Shown here: in pieces, positions 33,082-42,640 of the stretch
Numbering within the stretch: the first letter of the stretch is position 1
How the letters are laid out: the number at the start of each line of letters is the position of its first letter
Source: Trueperaceae bacterium
Lineage (GTDB): Bacteria; Deinococcota; Deinococci; Deinococcales; Trueperaceae
Reading direction: 5' to 3'
Assembly: GCA_034520945.1 (NCBI GenBank)
Contig: JAXHNB010000009.1
Span: forward strand, 32,001-96,000
DNA: 64,000 bases
Notes under the pieces: model-generated
The model's input: the letters and a program-made list of their open reading frames with translations, nothing else
The model's database searches: none
What the model was told of the DNA's origin: nothing
Position numbers and translations under genes: made by a program

Positions 33082-34023
33082 TCAACCGGCCGGCGCGGCG
33101 CCCAGCACCTCCGTGGGGGTGTCGCTGCCGCCGTCGGGCTCCCGCGACACGGCCACGGCGTCGAACGTGTCCGCCTCGACCACGAGGGTACGGCCTTCGA
33201 GCACGCCGAGCGAGGTGACCGCGTCGCCGCGCACGCCCCAGGCTTGGAAGTCGCGCCCTTCCCCCGGGCTGGCGTGCATCACGACCAGGGCGCGCCCCTC
33301 CGGCGCAAACAAGACGCTGCCCTGCGCGAACGGCTCGCCTTCGCCCTCGGGCGGCAGCCTGCGCACGGTGACATCATTGCGGGCCAACCAGCGCGCCAAC
33401 CGCGCCTGGTCGTCCACGAGATCGTCGGCGCGCGCACGTATCGTGCCGACCTCGGTCTCGAGCAGCTCGACACGGGCGCGCGCGTCCCTCAGCTCGGCCC
33501 GCACCTCGAGCATCTCCTGGCGTTGCCACAGGCCCCAGCCCCCGACAGCGACGACCAGCACCAGGCCGGCGGCGAAGCCGGACGCCCACGGCCTTGAGCC
33601 GCGTTCACGCCAGCGCGCACCCCCGCCTTTCCTCGCCCGCCGAGCCGCTTCGGGGGCGCGTGCGGCACGGCCGAACGGCTGCGCCTCTTCGGCGGGCGCC
33701 CCTCGCAGCTCGTCGTCCGGTCGGGTCGAGGGCCCAAGCGGCGCGCTTTCGGGCGCGGTCGCCGCAGCGTCCGTCGTCGGCGCCGTAGCGTGGCCCCATA
33801 CACGCGACTCGATCCCGGCCCACGCGTCCTCGGAGGGGGGCGGACCCGGCAGACCCTCCACCGACGCGACGAACGCGTGCTCCAACCGGTCGCGCTCCTC
33901 CCGGCAGGCGCGACACGACCGCAGGTGCGCCTCGACGGCCTCCGCCTCCTCGCGGGACGACTCGCCGAGCAGATAGCCGGGCAGCTGATCCAGGGGGTGC
34001 GATTCGCGGGGCGTTTCGTTCAC
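33082..34023 (-). CDS. Anti-sigma factor (zinc-binding HxxxCxxC, TM, RskA-like C-terminus)
   Basis: HLRSCRAC; TM; DFQAWGV..SLGV..AVAVSREPDGGS..PT; GTG overlaps the sigma stop. Confidence 0.88.
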   Translation of the reverse strand: MNETPRESHPLDQLPGYLLGESSREEAEAVEAHLRSCRACREERDRLEHAFVASVEGLPGPPPSEDAWAGIESRVWGHATAPTTDAAATAPESAPLGPSTRPDDELRGAPAEEAQPFGRAARAPEAARRARKGGGARWRERGSRPWASGFAAGLVLVVAVGGWGLWQRQEMLEVRAELRDARARVELLETEVGTIRARADDLVDDQARLARWLARNDVTVRRLPPEGEGEPFAQGSVLFAPEGRALVVMHASPGEGRDFQAWGVRGDAVTSLGVLEGRTLVVEADTFDAVAVSREPDGGSDTPTEVLGAAPAG

Positions 34024-34598
34024 GTCGATCCCTCGCCCGCATCGGGGCCACGCCCTGTGAGCACGTCGCGCGCCTTGAGCATGGCGCGGCGGATGCGGCT
34101 CTTGATCGTGCCGACCGGCGCGCCCTCCCGGTCCGCGATCTCGGTGTAGCTGTACCCGCCGAAGAAGGCGTCGCTCAGCAGGCGGGCTTCGTCGCGCGAG
34201 AGTCCTTCGAACGCCTGCTGGACGGTGAGGCGGTCGGTGGGCGCCGCCCCATGGGGCCCGGCGCGCAAGGGGGATCCGGAATCGTGCGGATCGTGCCCGT
34301 CGGCCTTCGCCGGTCGGGAGCCACGTGCCCGAAGGCGCATGCGGCACGCGTTGCGCGCGATGGTGTACACCCACGCCCGCGCCGAGCCCCGCGCCGGGTC
34401 GAACCGGCCGGCGGCGTCATGCACCTTGACGAACACGTCCTGCACCACTTCCTCTGCGTCCTCTCTGCTGCCCATCATGCGCAGCGCGAGGGCATGGACG
34501 TTCCGCCCCAGCGCGTCGTACAGCGCCCGGAGGGCCTCGTCGTCGCCGCGCTGTAGTCGCTGAATGAGCTCGGCTTCGGCGTCCACGCCTTCTATCAA
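34020..34598 (-). CDS. ECF sigma factor (SigK-like)
   Basis: DAEEVVQDVF, FDPARGSARAWVYTIARN, GYSYTEIA..GAPVGTIKSRIRRA. Confidence 0.95.
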   Translation of the reverse strand: MIEGVDAEAELIQRLQRGDDEALRALYDALGRNVHALALRMMGSREDAEEVVQDVFVKVHDAAGRFDPARGSARAWVYTIARNACRMRLRARGSRPAKADGHDPHDSGSPLRAGPHGAAPTDRLTVQQAFEGLSRDEARLLSDAFFGGYSYTEIADREGAPVGTIKSRIRRAMLKARDVLTGRGPDAGEGST

Positions 34599-34603
34599 AG
34601 CAT

Positions 34604-34678
34604 ATGCGCCCTCGCCCGGACCGGATGCCCACCCCGGCGTGGCGGCACGCCATGCATCCGATCGCCGATCACGCGCAT
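34604..34678. promoter_or_regulatory. Back-to-back putative ECF promoters GCATCCG-N12-GCGCAT
   Basis: Plus copy at 34654-34678, minus copy at 34628-34604; both elements and the spacer length are identical. Confidence 0.65.
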
Positions 34679-34792
34679 TGCATGGAAGTGAAGGCCCCGC
34701 TGGGGACCTTCGACAGGCACCCGGCCACGAGGAGCGCTCACGCGCTCACCCCACGTCCGTCCCTCGCCCTGCGAGGAGGAAAGGAGCACACG

Positions 34793-35932
34793 ATGCAGAC
34801 GATCATCATCCGCACCCTGACCCTGTTGCTGGCCGCCGTGCCGGCCTTGGCATTCGCCCAGGAGGTGAGGTTGGAGGCGCAGGATCAGGAGATCCGCGGC
34901 ACCACGCTCACCCTGGATCACGTCACGTTGGCCCAGGACGGCTTCGTGGTCGTGCACGCCACCGACGCGTCGGGTGACCTGGTGCTGACGCCCCCCTTGG
35001 GCCTGACCTACCTCGAAGCGGGTGCGCACGACGACGTCGAGGTCGCGCTCCACGCAGGCGAGCTCGCGAAGTACAGCTACGAGCAGGGCGGCACAGTCGT
35101 CCCGATGCTCCACGTGGACGCGAACGGCGACGGCGCCTACCAGTTCCCGGACGGCGGTGACGTCCCCGTCACCCGCGACGAGGGGGCCGTGGTCGTGAGC
35201 ATCGACCTGACCGTGCTGCCGTCGCTGACCACCCTCGATCAGACCCTCGCCGGGCAACGCGTCACCATCGACACCGTCGTCGCCGCTCAGGACGGCTTCG
35301 TGGTGGTCCACGCGCTCGACCGGGAGGGCGACGCGGTCCTCACGCCCCCGCTCGGCGTGGCGCAGGTCGAGGCAGGCGTCACGCGCTTCCTCGCCGTCGA
35401 GCTCGACGACGCGCTCCTCGATGAATACGGCTACAGAGGCGGCCCCAAGGCGATCGTGCCGATGCTGCACGTCGACGACGGCGACGGGGCGTACGAGTTC
35501 CCGGACGGTCCCGACGTGCCCGTGACGGCGGACGGCGCGCCGCTCGTGTCGCCGTTGACGCTGTCCATGCCGGCCATGGGCCAGGCGTCGGTCGCGACGG
35601 GGCAGGGGAAGCTTTCCGTGGGCATGGACGGCCTGTCCGTCACCCTCCCCAGCGTGACGTTGACCCAACCGGGCTTCGTCGTCCTGCACGCCCAGAACGA
35701 GGACGGCAGCCTGCGCGGCCTGCCCGTGCTGGGGGCGAGCGACGCGCTGCCGGCCGGCACCTCGAACGACGTGACCATCGAAATCGCTCGTGATCAGGCG
35801 CCCATGGTGGGCGACACCGCCTACGCCATGGTCCACGTCGACGACGGGGACGGCGTCTACCGCTTCCCGGCCAGCGACCCGCCCTTCGAGCAGAACGGCG
35901 AGGTGCTGGTGGTGCCGTTCACCCTGAACTGA
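34793..35932 (+). CDS. Secreted protein of three tandem ~115-aa repeats (DUF7282-like)
   Basis: AAAGGAG RBS, signal peptide ending AFA; each repeat carries GFVV[V/L]H and M[L/V]HVD(x)xGDG.Y.FP. Confidence 0.85.
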   Translation: MQTIIIRTLTLLLAAVPALAFAQEVRLEAQDQEIRGTTLTLDHVTLAQDGFVVVHATDASGDLVLTPPLGLTYLEAGAHDDVEVALHAGELAKYSYEQGGTVVPMLHVDANGDGAYQFPDGGDVPVTRDEGAVVVSIDLTVLPSLTTLDQTLAGQRVTIDTVVAAQDGFVVVHALDREGDAVLTPPLGVAQVEAGVTRFLAVELDDALLDEYGYRGGPKAIVPMLHVDDGDGAYEFPDGPDVPVTADGAPLVSPLTLSMPAMGQASVATGQGKLSVGMDGLSVTLPSVTLTQPGFVVLHAQNEDGSLRGLPVLGASDALPAGTSNDVTIEIARDQAPMVGDTAYAMVHVDDGDGVYRFPASDPPFEQNGEVLVVPFTLN

Positions 35933-35969
35933 AAACGGAACCGCCGGGGCGCTACCAACCCCGATCTCC

Positions 35970-36002
35970 GCGTGCGCCGAGACGCTCCTCGGCGCACGCT
36001 TC
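35970..36002 (+). terminator. Probable intrinsic terminator between convergent genes
   Basis: 12-bp stem GCGTGCGCCGAG/CTCGGCGCACGC with 6-nt loop, then TTT. Confidence 0.6.
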
Positions 36003-36041
36003 ATGTCGGCCCCCTCGTACGCGGCGGGGACGGCGAGCCCG

Positions 36042-37496
36042 TCACCGGTCCCCGGCGCGCCCCACCTCCGCCGTTACCCGCGCCGCGACCCGCCCCGCGT
36101 CACGAACGCAGTCGTTCACGCCGATCCCGTGGTAGGCGTTGCCGGTGAGCAGCAGGCCGGGACGCTGATCGGCCGCGCCCATGATGCGGGCCACGCGGCT
36201 CTGGTGTCCCACCCGGTATTGCGGGATGGCCCGCGCCCAGCGGACGTGGTGCACCATCTCGGGCGCCGCCGTCACGTTCATGGTGCGCGCCAGGTCGTCG
36301 CGGGCCACTTGCAGCGCCTCCGCCTCGTCCAGCGCTACGAACTCGGGGTCCGGCACCCCGCCGGCGATGATGCGCAGCAGCACCTTGCCCTCCGGCGCCT
36401 GCCAGGGGAACAGCGTCGACGTCCATAGACACCCCAGCATGCGCACGCCCTGCCCGCGCGGGACCAGGAACCCGAAGCCGTCCAGCGGGCCCGGCACGTC
36501 GGCACGGTCGTAGCCCAACCCCAGCACGCGCACCCCGGCGTAGGGAATGGCCTCCAGATCGTCGCGAGCCTCGGGCAGCACGCCCTCCAGCAGCTGCGCG
36601 GCGGCGTAGGCCGGCGTGGCCACGATCACCACGTCGGCCGGCACGCGTTCGCCGCCCTCGAGCCGGACCTGATACCGCGCGCCCTCCTCGCCGGTCGTAA
36701 CGGCGCGGGCGGGCACACCGGTGCGCACATCGGTGCCGAGTCGGTCGCGCAACGCTTGGATCAGCCGTTCGATGCCGCCGCCCTGGAAGCTGGTGAGGCG
36801 CCCGCCCGGGCCGGCCGGACCGCCGCGCGTGGCCCGCTCGGCGCGGGCGGCCCGCCGGCGCGCCAGCATGCCGCGGACCAACCCGCCGTGCTCGTCCTCC
36901 AGGCGCTTCAGGCGTGGGAACAGCGCCGCCAGGCTGGTCTGGCGCGCATCCCCGGCGGTGATGCCCAGCACCATCGGCGCGATGAACGCGTCGGCGAAGG
37001 CGAGCCCCAGGCGGCGCTCGGCAAAGCGATGGACGGTCTCGTCGACGCCGGCCGGAGCCCGCCCCACGAACGGTTCCAGCGCCACGCGCGCCTTGGCGGG
37101 CAGGGACAACAGGTCGCTGCGGACGAACCCAGCTACCCCCTGCGGAAGGGCCCTCAGGGCGCGGTCCACGTACAGCATGCGGTGCTTCGCCGCCTCGGTG
37201 GCGGGCTGTAGCGCCTCCCCCAGGCCGAGGTCGTGGGCCAGTTCGACGGTGTCCGGCACGTTGGTCAGGAAGCCGTTGGGGCCGCGGTCCACGACGTAGC
37301 CCTGGACGGCGTCGCTTCGGGCAGCACCGCCGGCCTCCGCCTCTCCTTCGAGGACGGTCACGTCGGCGTGCGGTAGCGCCTGGCGTACACGGAACGCGCT
37401 GGCCAGGCCGGAGATGCCGCCGCCGATCACGACCACACGGGGGGCGCCGGCCACGTTCCCGGATGATGCGTCGTCGATTCCGCGCCGTTGGGTCAC
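36042..37496 (-). CDS. hemG: Protoporphyrinogen/coproporphyrinogen oxidase (HemY-type)
   Basis: VIGGGISGL FAD motif, GPNGFL, GFGFLVP, AIPQYRVGH, GNAYHGIGVNDC. Confidence 0.93.
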   Translation of the reverse strand: MTQRRGIDDASSGNVAGAPRVVVIGGGISGLASAFRVRQALPHADVTVLEGEAEAGGAARSDAVQGYVVDRGPNGFLTNVPDTVELAHDLGLGEALQPATEAAKHRMLYVDRALRALPQGVAGFVRSDLLSLPAKARVALEPFVGRAPAGVDETVHRFAERRLGLAFADAFIAPMVLGITAGDARQTSLAALFPRLKRLEDEHGGLVRGMLARRRAARAERATRGGPAGPGGRLTSFQGGGIERLIQALRDRLGTDVRTGVPARAVTTGEEGARYQVRLEGGERVPADVVIVATPAYAAAQLLEGVLPEARDDLEAIPYAGVRVLGLGYDRADVPGPLDGFGFLVPRGQGVRMLGCLWTSTLFPWQAPEGKVLLRIIAGGVPDPEFVALDEAEALQVARDDLARTMNVTAAPEMVHHVRWARAIPQYRVGHQSRVARIMGAADQRPGLLLTGNAYHGIGVNDCVRDAGRVAARVTAEVGRAGDR

Positions 37497-37656
37497 GCCT
37501 CACGGTACGCGTAGACGCACGCGCGCACGGCGGGCCAGATGTCCCCAAGCACGCGAACGGCGCGCACGTGAATCGTGCGCGCCGATGATCGTGAGGGTGC
37601 CGAGCGGGTGCCGGGTGGAACCACCACGCACCGGCACCTAGCCCGGGGGGCGAGGC

Positions 37657-38739
37657 TCAGCGCACGCCGAGACCCGGATAACGGACCAGCATTCCCGAGC
37701 CGGGGGCCCCGATGCCGTTCACGCTCAGGTAGGCATCCCCGTTCTGCGCGAAGGCGATGGCGGTGGGGAACATGAGGCCGTCCAGCACGACCTCCGTGCT
37801 GCCGTCCAGCGCGACGCGCGTCACCGCACCGCTGCCGGGCGTGGGACCCTGCTCGGTGAACTCGGCCAGCGTCACGGCGTACAGCGTGCCGTCCGGCGCG
37901 GCCTGCAGGTCGGTCAGTACGGTGAGGCCGCCTGCGAGGTTCGTCACCGACCCGTCGCTGGACAGGGCGTGCACGCCGGCCGAGCCGGGCAGGAACGGGA
38001 ACCCCGGAAGGCTGGCGACGTACATGCCGCCGTCGCGCGTCTGGGTAATGCCGGTGGGGACGGGGTCGGTCTCCTGCGCGCCGTCGCGCGCGGGGTTGGG
38101 CATGGGCGAGGGCACGCCGTCCATGACGGCGACCAGCTCGACCGCGCCGGTGCGCGGGTTGACGCGCAGGATGGTATTGGCGCCCGCGTCCGCGACGTAG
38201 AGGTTGCCGTCGCTGCCCCCGACGATGCCGTAGGGGTGCGAGTCCAGCACGAAGCCGTCGGGGTTGGACGCCGCCTCGATGTCCCAGGTGCTGGCCACCA
38301 CGGACGGCTCGTCGCCGTCGACGCGGACCACGGCGGCCATCATCGGCATGGGGTCAGGGCCCAGCTCGCCGAGCCAGCCACCGCTGGTGACGAACACCTG
38401 GGTGCCGAGGCGCGCCAAGCGCGAACCACCGGTGAACTCTTGCCCGACATGAACGGACGGCAGCATGGCGCGCACGCTCTGCTGGCCGTCGGGACCGATC
38501 CGCACCACCTGCGAGGTCATGCCGACCGTGGCGATGGTCGCCTCGCCGGTGTTGGGGTCGACCGTCTCGATCTCCTGGTCCCCGCCGACGCCCGAGTCGA
38601 CCACCCACACGCTTCCATCCGGCATGGCCAACACGCCCATGGGGTTGTTGAGCCCCTCCGCGACGACCTCTTGGGCGAACGCGGTGCCGAACCACGCGAT
38701 GACACCGAGCACGAACAGACCTACCACCGATGTGCGCAT
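37657..38739 (-). CDS. Secreted ScyD/ScyE-family beta-propeller protein
   Basis: Signal peptide; GLNNPMG, DSHPYG, VADAGAN, DPVPTG, GFPF motifs. Confidence 0.8.
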   Translation of the reverse strand: MRTSVVGLFVLGVIAWFGTAFAQEVVAEGLNNPMGVLAMPDGSVWVVDSGVGGDQEIETVDPNTGEATIATVGMTSQVVRIGPDGQQSVRAMLPSVHVGQEFTGGSRLARLGTQVFVTSGGWLGELGPDPMPMMAAVVRVDGDEPSVVASTWDIEAASNPDGFVLDSHPYGIVGGSDGNLYVADAGANTILRVNPRTGAVELVAVMDGVPSPMPNPARDGAQETDPVPTGITQTRDGGMYVASLPGFPFLPGSAGVHALSSDGSVTNLAGGLTVLTDLQAAPDGTLYAVTLAEFTEQGPTPGSGAVTRVALDGSTEVVLDGLMFPTAIAFAQNGDAYLSVNGIGAPGSGMLVRYPGLGVR

Positions 38740-38883
38740 ATGAACTCCCTCTCTCCTGGCCGGCCCGTCGCCTCACCCCGCGTCACGTCAGGACAGGTGC
38801 GAATCGCGCGTACGGATGCCGGAACGGTGCGGGTGGGGACGCCTCGAGCGTTCACGCCGAAGGCGATCGGTACGGGTGGACCC

Positions 38884-39318
38884 TCACCTCCCTTCGGGCG
38901 GCCGTGTCGCGCCGGGGGACGCGGCCTGCGCCAACAGGAACGCGACCAGCGCGTCCAGGTCCTGTTCGGAGAGGTCGTAGGCCGGCATGGCGTGGCTGGA
39001 CATCGCCCAGCCCGGCGCCAGGTAGGCGGCGGGGGCCGTGATCGACTCGCGCAGGTAGCCCGCCGCGTCGTCAGCGTCGCCGTGATAGCTGGGGTCGGCC
39101 ACCCGCGCCGCAGCGACGGCGCCGATGTCGTTGTGCTCGGGTCCGAACGACCCGCGCGTTTGGGCCGCGCCGAGCGTGTGGCACATGCCGCAGTACAGCT
39201 GCCGGTAGAGCTGCGCCCCGCGTTCCCGGAGGGGCGCCGACCCCTGGGCGCGCACCACGGCCGTCCCAACACCCACGACGATCGCCAGGACGCCGAACGA
39301 CCACACGATCCGATCCAC
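38884..39318 (-). CDS. Monoheme c-type cytochrome
   Basis: GAGGAGG RBS, signal segment, CGMCH, YLRESI, distal Met in HAMPAY. Confidence 0.85.
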   Translation of the reverse strand: MDRIVWSFGVLAIVVGVGTAVVRAQGSAPLRERGAQLYRQLYCGMCHTLGAAQTRGSFGPEHNDIGAVAAARVADPSYHGDADDAAGYLRESITAPAAYLAPGWAMSSHAMPAYDLSEQDLDALVAFLLAQAASPGATRPPEGR

Positions 39319-39583
39319 GCTGTCGTCCCCTCCCTCCTCGATTCGCGATCCCGCGCAAGCGCGCAAGCACGAGAGCGCGAATGATCGAATATACGGGATT
39401 TTCCTCGGAAGCGAGTACGCACATGCACCGAACTCGCGCACCATCGTGCCTCCGGGCGCCCACGAGGGACTTCGTACACCGTCGGTATGCTTCCGCCATG
39501 GGCTCGCACTCGCGTCGGTCGCGGCCCGCCGCCTGCCACCAGCCACGCCCCGAAAACGAGCGTCGGGTTCGCACCGTGCCCGC

Positions 39584-39940
39584 ATGACCCACGCAACGGC
39601 GGTCGTGGCGGTGCTCGCGTACTACCTGGTGGCGCTGGCGTTGCTGCCGGCGCTGGCCCGCGCGTGGCTTCGCCTGCCGGCCGAATCCGTCCGCAAGGGA
39701 CAGCACGTGGCCGTGTTCCTCGCGATCTTTTTGTGGTTGGAACTGTTCACGGCCTGGACGTGGGCGGTGGCGACGATCGGCGCGATCGCGTTGGCGGCCT
39801 ACGTGACGTTGTGCTGGCTCGAGGGCCGTGTTCCGCCGGGTGCACGGGCACGGTCTGAGCGCGGTGCGGCGACGCGAACTGGAAGGCGTCGCCAACCTGT
39901 TCGTGTCCGCGGCGGTGCGCGGAGAGGTGCGGGCGACCGG
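39584..39940 (+). pseudogene. N-terminal fragment of a membrane protein (phytol/dolichol kinase or CTP-transferase-like)
   Basis: Three hydrophobic helices with E..RK..H motif; the plausible reading frame is lost after ~39830; boundaries approximate. Confidence 0.4.
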
Positions 39941-39975
39941 GCAGGCGTCGACGGCCGCGCGGGAGCTTCCGCGCG

Positions 39976-40569
39976 CTACTGCGGCGTGTCGGCTCGCGCC
40001 GCCACACCGTCGAAGAACACCTCGACCATGGCGTCCACCAGGCTGTCCGCCCGCTCGGGGGGCGCGGAGAGACCGGCGAACGCCTGGCCCAACAGCAACC
40101 AGGTGACCTCGGGCACGTCCACCTCGCGCAGTTCGCCGCGCTCGACCCCTCGACGCAGGACGTCACGTATCGGCTCCACGAAGCGGGCGTAGTACGCGGC
40201 CAGCATGCGGGCGCGCGCCTCCTCGCTCAGGTGGACCGCGTCCTGCTCCGCCAGGCGCATGATCCGTTCGCTGCCCCGCATGCGGGTCACGATCGCGCGC
40301 AGCACGCGCCGCACCTGTGCCCGGGCGCGCCCGCCGCCGGCCGTCGCTTCGTCGACGTGGTCGCCGATCCGTGCGATGGCCCGCAGCAGGACGCCCAGGA
40401 ACAGGCGTTCCTTGTCGTGCACGTGGTAGTAGAGGCCCGCCTTCGACACCCCCGCGGCTTCGGCCACCTGCCGCATGGAGACGCCGTGGAAGCCGTGACG
40501 CTCGAACAGGATGGTGGCTTCGTCCAGGATGCGGTCGTGCACGTCGGGCCGATCGGGCGCCGTCGTCAT
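39976..40569 (-). CDS. TetR/AcrR family regulator
   Basis: ILDEATILFERHGFHGVSMRQVAEAAGVSKAGLYYH. Confidence 0.95.
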   Translation of the reverse strand: MTTAPDRPDVHDRILDEATILFERHGFHGVSMRQVAEAAGVSKAGLYYHVHDKERLFLGVLLRAIARIGDHVDEATAGGGRARAQVRRVLRAIVTRMRGSERIMRLAEQDAVHLSEEARARMLAAYYARFVEPIRDVLRRGVERGELREVDVPEVTWLLLGQAFAGLSAPPERADSLVDAMVEVFFDGVAARADTPQ

Positions 40570-41945
40570 GGCCCGTTCGCGTCCGAATGCGCGGCCCGGC
40601 CGGAGGCGCGGCCGTCGAGGGCGAGCGCCGGCAGGATCATGGCCGCCATGATGACGCCCAATGCCAGCAGGGCATGTTCGAAGCCACGACCCCCGGCGCT
40701 GGAGGCCGCCACCGCGCCGACGAGCGCGCTGCCGGTGAGCTGCCCGACGCTGGTGAAGATCGTCAGCAGGCCCTGCGACGCGCCGCGGTCCCCAGCGGCC
40801 GCCTCGCTCAGCAGGACGTAGCGAAGCGGCGCACCGAGGAGGGCGGCCAGGCCCATTCCGGCCAACACGGACCCTGCCGCGAACCCGCCGAGACTGCCGG
40901 CGGTTCCGCCGTACGTCGCCAGGCCGGCCGCGGTGAGCGCCAATCCCGCTGTGATCACGCGCCGGGCGCCGTGCGTGTCCAGGAGCCTGCCGGCCAGAGG
41001 CGCGCCCAGCGCCAGCACCACCACCAGCGGCAGAAGCATGAACGACGCCGTCGTTTCGGCCACACCCAACGACGTCACGGCCAGGGAGGGAAGGAACACC
41101 ACCGCCGCCTCACTCAGGCCGGCCCCCACTGCGAACAGCGCCACCAACCGCACCTGTCGCGCCTGCAGCAGGCGCAGCGGCACGATCGCGTCGGCAGCGC
41201 CTCGTTCGACGCGCCAGAACAGGGGCAGCAGCACCGCGGCCAACAAAAAGAGCGGGCCCACGGCTGGGTCCAGCAGCGTCGCCGGCAACCGGGCCGCGTC
41301 CACCTGGCTCAGGCCCAGCGCCAGACTCGCCAAGGCGGCCACCAGGAGCCCCGCGCCCGCCCAGTCGAAGGGGCGGACCGCGTCGGGGCGCGTGTCCGGC
41401 ACCAGCCACTGGGCCGCCACGATGAGGCCCGCCGCCACGGGGAGGTTGATCAGGAACAGCCATGGCCAACCGAAGCGCAGCAGCAACCCGCCCAGCACGG
41501 GCCCCAGCAAAAACGCCAGGCCGAACACCGCCCCGATGAGGCCGAGGGCGCGGCCCCGCCGCTCGACGGGGAAGGTGTCACCGATGATGGCGCTGGCCAC
41601 CGGAAAGATGCCGCCCGCCCCGATCGCCTGAAGGGCGCGCCCGCCCAGCAACACGCCGTACGTGGGCGACAAGGCCACCACCAGCGAACCGGCGGCGAAC
41701 AGCGCGACGTCGACCGTGTACACACGGCGGCGCCCAAAGCGGTCCGACGCCTTGGCCATCAACGGCGCCGACACCAGGTAGAACAGCACGAACACGGTGA
41801 AGATCCACGCGGTGGCGCGCGCGCCCACGGCGAAGTCGCGCTGGATCGCCGGCAGGGCCGGGCCGACGATGGCGATGTCCAACGCCGCCATGAGCACCCC
41901 GACGAACAAAAGCCCAAGGAGACGGGCGCGGCGTCGCTTCTGCAC
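40566..41945 (-). CDS. MFS drug-efflux type transporter (DHA2-like)
   Basis: MAALDIAIVGPALP, SDRFGRR, GRALQAIGAGG, WPWLFLINLPV. Confidence 0.92.
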   Translation of the reverse strand: MQKRRRARLLGLLFVGVLMAALDIAIVGPALPAIQRDFAVGARATAWIFTVFVLFYLVSAPLMAKASDRFGRRRVYTVDVALFAAGSLVVALSPTYGVLLGGRALQAIGAGGIFPVASAIIGDTFPVERRGRALGLIGAVFGLAFLLGPVLGGLLLRFGWPWLFLINLPVAAGLIVAAQWLVPDTRPDAVRPFDWAGAGLLVAALASLALGLSQVDAARLPATLLDPAVGPLFLLAAVLLPLFWRVERGAADAIVPLRLLQARQVRLVALFAVGAGLSEAAVVFLPSLAVTSLGVAETTASFMLLPLVVVLALGAPLAGRLLDTHGARRVITAGLALTAAGLATYGGTAGSLGGFAAGSVLAGMGLAALLGAPLRYVLLSEAAAGDRGASQGLLTIFTSVGQLTGSALVGAVAASSAGGRGFEHALLALGVIMAAMILPALALDGRASGRAAHSDANGP

Positions 41946-41998
41946 GATGGAAATCCCTTCGCATCTCCGAGTGGGGCCGCGCTCGCAACGCGCGCCCG

Positions 41999-42022
41999 TA
42001 CCAACCGACCGGTCGGTCGGTA
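41999..42022. promoter_or_regulatory. TetR-type palindromic operator
   Basis: Perfect ACCGACCGGTCGGT (42004-42017) inside TACC-a-...-c-GGTA, about 60 bp upstream of the MFS-TetR operon. Confidence 0.7.
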
Positions 42023-42155
42023 CGGCCGCATCATCACCGCGCATCGCGCCGGCGGTCAAGCAATGCCGCGTCCCGGCCTCCCGGCCGCGACCGCCCAAGA
42101 CGGGCAGGACGACGCGTCTACGCGCCGTCCAGCGAGCTTGGCCCGCAAGGCAATC

Positions 42156-42395
42156 TCAGCACCGGGCCGCCAGCCACCTCGCGATGTCGTCCCGACGCGG
42201 CCGGCCGCCGGCGTGGACGACCGTGCCGTCGATCACCACGCCGGGCGTCGACAGAATCCCGCAGGACACGATGACCCGCACGTCCTCCACCTTCTTGATG
42301 GTCACCTCGACGCCCATCTCGTCGGCGACCGCTTGGATGGTGTCTGCGGTCGCGTTGCAACTGGGGCACCCGGCGCCGAACACCTGGACGTTCAT
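42156..42395 (-). CDS. Small thioredoxin-like redox protein (MTH895 family)
   Basis: VFGAGCPSC, GILSTPGVVIDG..VHAG; AAGGAGG RBS. Confidence 0.88.
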   Translation of the reverse strand: MNVQVFGAGCPSCNATADTIQAVADEMGVEVTIKKVEDVRVIVSCGILSTPGVVIDGTVVHAGGRPRRDDIARWLAARC

Positions 42396-42640
42396 GCGGG
42401 CCTCCTTCGCGTCGCGGATCTTGGCCGCGCCGGCGTCGCTCCTGCATCCATGGGCCGTGGCCGCAGCCTAGGGAGGCGGGCGGCGCGCCCCAAGGTACAT
42501 TCGTCCCTGACGCGGCAGAGAACCGCCTTGCACGCGCGCGGACGCGAACGACCCGGACCGCCACGGATCGATCGACGACTGGATGCGCCCAGGTACACCT
42601 CGTGCCGCCGCACAGGGGGCACCGTTCGCCCCGCTGCCGT

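Noticed and set aside
39470..39485. CTTCGTACACCGT matching part of the 56182 operator
   Set aside because: The second half-site is broken (GTCGG), so it is not palindromic; likely chance
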